Virus record (IMG/VR): IMGVR_UViG_3300048839_000240
Coordinates: 1 to 33,798 of that record
Origin: a virus
Lineage: Duplodnaviria; Caudoviricetes
Length of the DNA stretch: 33,798 nt
Strand: one strand, 5' to 3'
Shown here: positions 33,077-33,798 of the stretch, in pieces
How positions within the stretch are numbered: the first letter of the stretch is position 1
Layout of the letters: every line of letters begins with the position of its first letter
The notes under the pieces: generated by a model
Told to the model about the DNA's origin: nothing
Database searches by the model: none
The model's input: the letters and a program-made list of their open reading frames with translations, nothing else
Translations under genes and position numbers: made by a program

Positions 33077-33102
33077 ATATCCTATAATGTCACGTTCGGT
33101 AG
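33074..33102 (+). promoter_or_regulatory. Class-2 motif TAA-N6-TAT-N14-TAG
   Basis: TAA 33074 (also the upstream stop codon), TAT 33083, TAG 33100. Confidence 0.6.
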
Positions 33103-33112
33103 GAGAATACTG

Positions 33113-33798
33113 TTGAAACCTGATCCAAAAAGAGTTGCCTTGGCGCATTTAAAGTCCAAAGGCATCAAAAAAACAGCCGGTGAGGTTATTTTCCGAAAGG
33201 ATATGTCGAATGACGCATCCTCTTGGGCCTTTGGTGTTGGAGGTGCTTCAGAGCGAAAGCTAGTCCAGGATTTCAACTACTCCCCCAAGAACTTGAAGCC
33301 CCTTGCAGCGGTGCTTCGTTCGACTCTGGGAGCACTAGGGCACACTTTGTCTGCCTACCAGACGTTTGCTAAAATGAAGTCCGCTAGGATTTCCCCGGAC
33401 GGGAACTTGGGTGGTAAGGGCTACATCATGAAGATTTCGGACATGCGCCGCCAGTACATGAACTGTGTTGAGGCGTTGTCCGCATTATCAGATACCTTGT
33501 ACGATGAAACAAATGCCCCTCATTGGTCGGCTATTTCTCGTCAGGAAGACCCAGAGGATCGTTTAGAGGTCCAAGAGATGATTCAGGATGCGGAGCAGAT
33601 TCGTCAGGATCCTCAACAATGGGCTGAGGAGCAAATCGAAGAAGAATTCGACGATTCCCCCAAGGGTCGAGGGAAAACCGCTTCTCTCGTTAGAATCGTA
33701 GCTAAACAGTGGGTAGATCAAATCCCAGGTGGGTTGTCGGACAAAAAACAACCTTCCGATTTTGATGCCGAACAGTTGGCCAAAGGAATTAAAGTCGA
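33113..33798 (+). CDS. Hypothetical protein, 3'-truncated by the window edge; ends in a DUF5661-like start
   Basis: AGGAG SD with TTG start; open to the window end: MKPDPKRVALAHL...GKTASLVRIVAKQWVDQIPGGLSDKKQPSDFDAEQLAKGIKV. Confidence 0.75.
   Translation, partial: MKPDPKRVALAHLKSKGIKKTAGEVIFRKDMSNDASSWAFGVGGASERKLVQDFNYSPKNLKPLAAVLRSTLGALGHTLSAYQTFAKMKSARISPDGNLGGKGYIMKISDMRRQYMNCVEALSALSDTLYDETNAPHWSAISRQEDPEDRLEVQEMIQDAEQIRQDPQQWAEEQIEEEFDDSPKGRGKTASLVRIVAKQWVDQIPGGLSDKKQPSDFDAEQLAKGIKV

Noticed and set aside
1-33798. Alternative genetic code (stop-codon recoding)
   Set aside because: Long genes are intact in the standard code and coding density is high, so recoding is not needed.

Overview
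This window looks like part of a large (probably jumbo) tailed-phage genome. From left to right it contains: (i) a tandem array of Gly-rich paralogous genes and small accessory genes (a 57-aa very acidic ORF, an HD hydrolase, a P-loop kinase), most preceded by a repeated TGTAAAAA-N14/15-CGTTTA element that often sits in a hairpin; (ii) a ~1 kb non-coding region (2543-3547) holding a candidate ~230-nt multibranched structured RNA and origin-like repeats; (iii) a replication/recombination block: HolB, HolA, a class II ribonucleotide reductase with two inteins, RecD2, putative SSB, RuvC, RecA, an SbcC/Rad50 split over separate genes, an RlaP-like nucleotidyltransferase, SbcD, a Cas4-like nuclease, DnaN, a Toprim primase and DnaX; (iv) a NusG paralogue and a double-HTH sigma-like protein; (v) the start of a probable late/virion region. 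A second spaced motif, TAA-N6-TAT-N14-TAG, precedes several putative late genes. All calls come from reading motifs by eye; no database search or folding program was run.
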